A stretch of DNA of 7,773 nucleotides from Candidatus Heimdallarchaeota archaeon. Its GTDB lineage: Archaea; Asgardarchaeota; Heimdallarchaeia; Heimdallarchaeales; Heimdallarchaeaceae. The notes under the pieces were generated by a model that worked only from the letters and a program-made list of their open reading frames with translations, did no database searches and had not been told where the DNA came from. Below are positions 1 through 7,773 of the stretch, in pieces (position 1 is the stretch's first letter; each line of letters starts with the position of its first letter). Where the stretch lies: assembly GCA_023270155.1 (NCBI GenBank), contig JAGLTB010000100.1:1-7773 (forward strand), given 5' to 3'. A program made the position numbers and the translations under genes.

Positions 1-50
1 AAATCATTTCTCCCCAATAGTAACATTCAAAAACAAAATCTATCCTATTC

Positions 51-94
<44 letters not shown>

Positions 95-103
95 GTCGGG
101 AAA

Positions 104-235
<132 letters not shown>

Positions 236-266
236 TTCTTTACGTTAACCAGAAGTTTCAAACTGC

Positions 267-271
267 TTTTT
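267..271 (+). terminator. Oligo-T tract, possible archaeal terminator for the 5S transcript
   Basis: TTTTT lies directly after the trailer (GCTTTTTC). Archaeal RNA polymerase commonly terminates at T-runs. There is no other support. Confidence 0.3.
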
Positions 272-309
272 CAATTACTCACTTAATGTTTTAGCTTGTG
301 CTATCTTAC

Positions 310-738
<429 letters not shown>

Positions 739-832
739 TTATGGAAATGTATAGTTCTTAAACATTATCCAATTCTTTTTATCATAAAACTTAAAAATTA
801 GCAATTTTCTTTCAGCTCGTTTGGTATCTTAA

Positions 833-1192
<360 letters not shown>

Positions 1193-1202
1193 ACATGTTA
1201 GT

Positions 1203-1859
1203 TTATATTTTCCTAAATTTCAAAGAGGTTGGTTCGTAGATATCTCCCTTCTTAATTAATTCTTGAATAACTGATTCCACTATCGCTTTATCTAATTTTG
1301 TTTTAGATATAATATCTTCAAGTTCTACTCCTTCCTCAGTTTCCATAATTATTGACCATACTGACTCCATTTGCGCCATGTCATGTGCCTTGACAATCTG
1401 CTCCTCTGTGGGAAGTTCATAGTTCTTTTTTGCATATCTCTTTATTTTCTTTGCTCGTAAGTATAATGATTTATTTAAATCATCTATTTTCAGAATTTCA
1501 TCTGGGAGGAGATACATTTCATCATCACTTTGTCTTGGTCTTCCCATTACTTCAACTTCTTCTCCTATTTCAAACCCTCTTAGGATTTCTGCTTGTTCTT
1601 CCCAGGCTTTTACTCTTATGGTATCTGATCCATCATCCAATGTGAAGTTAGCGTATGATTTTTTCTCTTTATCTCCCTCACTAAAATATTTAGCAACTAT
1701 TGTGCCATTTATTCTGATTTTGTAAACTTTCTCCCCATTTCTGGTGATTAATACCCATCTAAATTGTTCATCACCTTCTTTTTCTAATCTACCTTCAACA
1801 AAATCAATAATGTACAGTTGGATAAGGGGTTGTGGAATGAACTCACTCATTTTTTTCAC
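1203..1859 (-). CDS. RPA32/Stn1-like OB-fold ssDNA-binding protein with C-terminal winged helix
   Basis: The central OB-fold pattern (KIRINGTIVAKY...SYANFTLDDGSDTIRVKAWEE...GEEVEVMGRP) resembles the RPA2 DBD-D / tRNA_anti-type OB. The C-terminal ~60 aa (VELEDIISKTKLDKAIVESVIQELIKKGDIYEP) looks like a winged helix. The track start is GTG at 1859. An in-frame ATG at 1850 is an alternative start. Confidence 0.65.
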   Translation of the reverse strand: MKKMSEFIPQPLIQLYIIDFVEGRLEKEGDEQFRWVLITRNGEKVYKIRINGTIVAKYFSEGDKEKKSYANFTLDDGSDTIRVKAWEEQAEILRGFEIGEEVEVMGRPRQSDDEMYLLPDEILKIDDLNKSLYLRAKKIKRYAKKNYELPTEEQIVKAHDMAQMESVWSIIMETEEGVELEDIISKTKLDKAIVESVIQELIKKGDIYEPTSLKFRKI

Positions 1860-1916
1860 GGAAGAAGTGTATGTTATTTACTTATTGTTGTATCCAAAAA
1901 TGTTTCTGTTATTTAT

Positions 1917-1924
1917 TATATAAA
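1917..1924 (-). promoter_or_regulatory. Consensus archaeal TATA box (TTTATATA on the - strand), candidate promoter of the RPA-like gene
   Basis: The + strand TATATAAA (1917-1924) reads TTTATATA on the - strand, about 58-65 nt upstream of the 1859 start, inside a divergent AT-rich intergenic region. Confidence 0.35.
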
Positions 1925-1998
1925 CTATATATATTAATAAAAAAAACTAAATTTCATTTGATGGAAAATTGTCAATGAACAATGCCTTTTTTAAGTGA

Positions 1999-3324
<1,326 letters not shown>

Positions 3325-3574
3325 TTTTTACATAGCAAGAATTTCTGTTTTATCAATAGAAAACATACCTAGATTTACTTATTTTTCACCTTTTACTAAA
3401 CTCTTTTGTTAATTAAATGTAAGAATATCTTATTTCTCACTGTTTTAGTGCTCATTATCGTGTATACCAATTTATTTTTAAATGATAAACTTATTATTTT
3501 TTTAGTAGTTAAAGCTTGAAAAATATCCCGACTTAAATCGTAAAACCAAGGAGTTCTGGTCCTAAAATTACAGA

Positions 3575-3582
3575 CTATAATG
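3575..3582 (+). promoter_or_regulatory. TATA-like element (CTATAATG) positioned for a near-leaderless gyrB transcript
   Basis: It is centred about 26 nt upstream of the ATG at 3604, the usual archaeal TATA-to-TSS spacing. The match to consensus is weak and the surrounding sequence is AT-rich. Confidence 0.2.
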
Positions 3583-3585
3583 TAA

Positions 3586-7773
<4,188 letters not shown>

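Noticed and set aside
1430-1645. 71-aa + strand ORF inside the RPA-like gene
   Set aside because: It is antisense to a gene with a recognisable OB-fold. The Leu/Phe-rich translation is typical of the reverse frame of a Lys/Glu-rich gene.

Overview
Visibly AT-rich, archaeal-looking chromosomal segment, mostly housekeeping genes. On the + strand: an archaeal/eukaryotic-type MiaB-like (e-MtaB/CDKAL1 family) radical-SAM methylthiotransferase (2017-3324), gyrB (3595-5688), and gyrA (about 5672 to the window end; absent from the ORF track because it has no stop in the window). On the - strand: a YccF-like membrane protein (310-687) and an RPA32/Stn1-like OB-fold plus winged-helix protein (1203-1859). 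A small hypothetical ORF lies at 845-1192 (+). The main finding is the only GC-rich non-coding island (about 55-270). It holds every conserved element of a 5S rRNA, but in circularly permuted order. The 3' half (104-171) comes first, a UGCG tetraloop (172-175) closes helix I where the natural ends should be, and the 5' half (176-224) follows. The new ends fall in the AA bulge of helix III. They are flanked by a 10-bp leader/trailer helix and by 3-nt-bulge/4-bp-helix arrangements that resemble archaeal bulge-helix-bulge (BHB) splicing-endonuclease sites. This suggests the RNA is processed, and perhaps circularised, as reported for permuted tRNA and Thermoproteus SRP RNA genes. The leader and trailer look like decayed copies of the missing halves, which fits an origin by tandem duplication. 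Secondary observations: both gyrase subunits deviate at quinolone-pocket residues, GyrB has an acidic C-terminal extension, and hairpins sequester the Shine-Dalgarno sequences of gyrA and yccF. I saw no CRISPR array, mobile element or tRNA. All structures were folded by eye and no searches were run.
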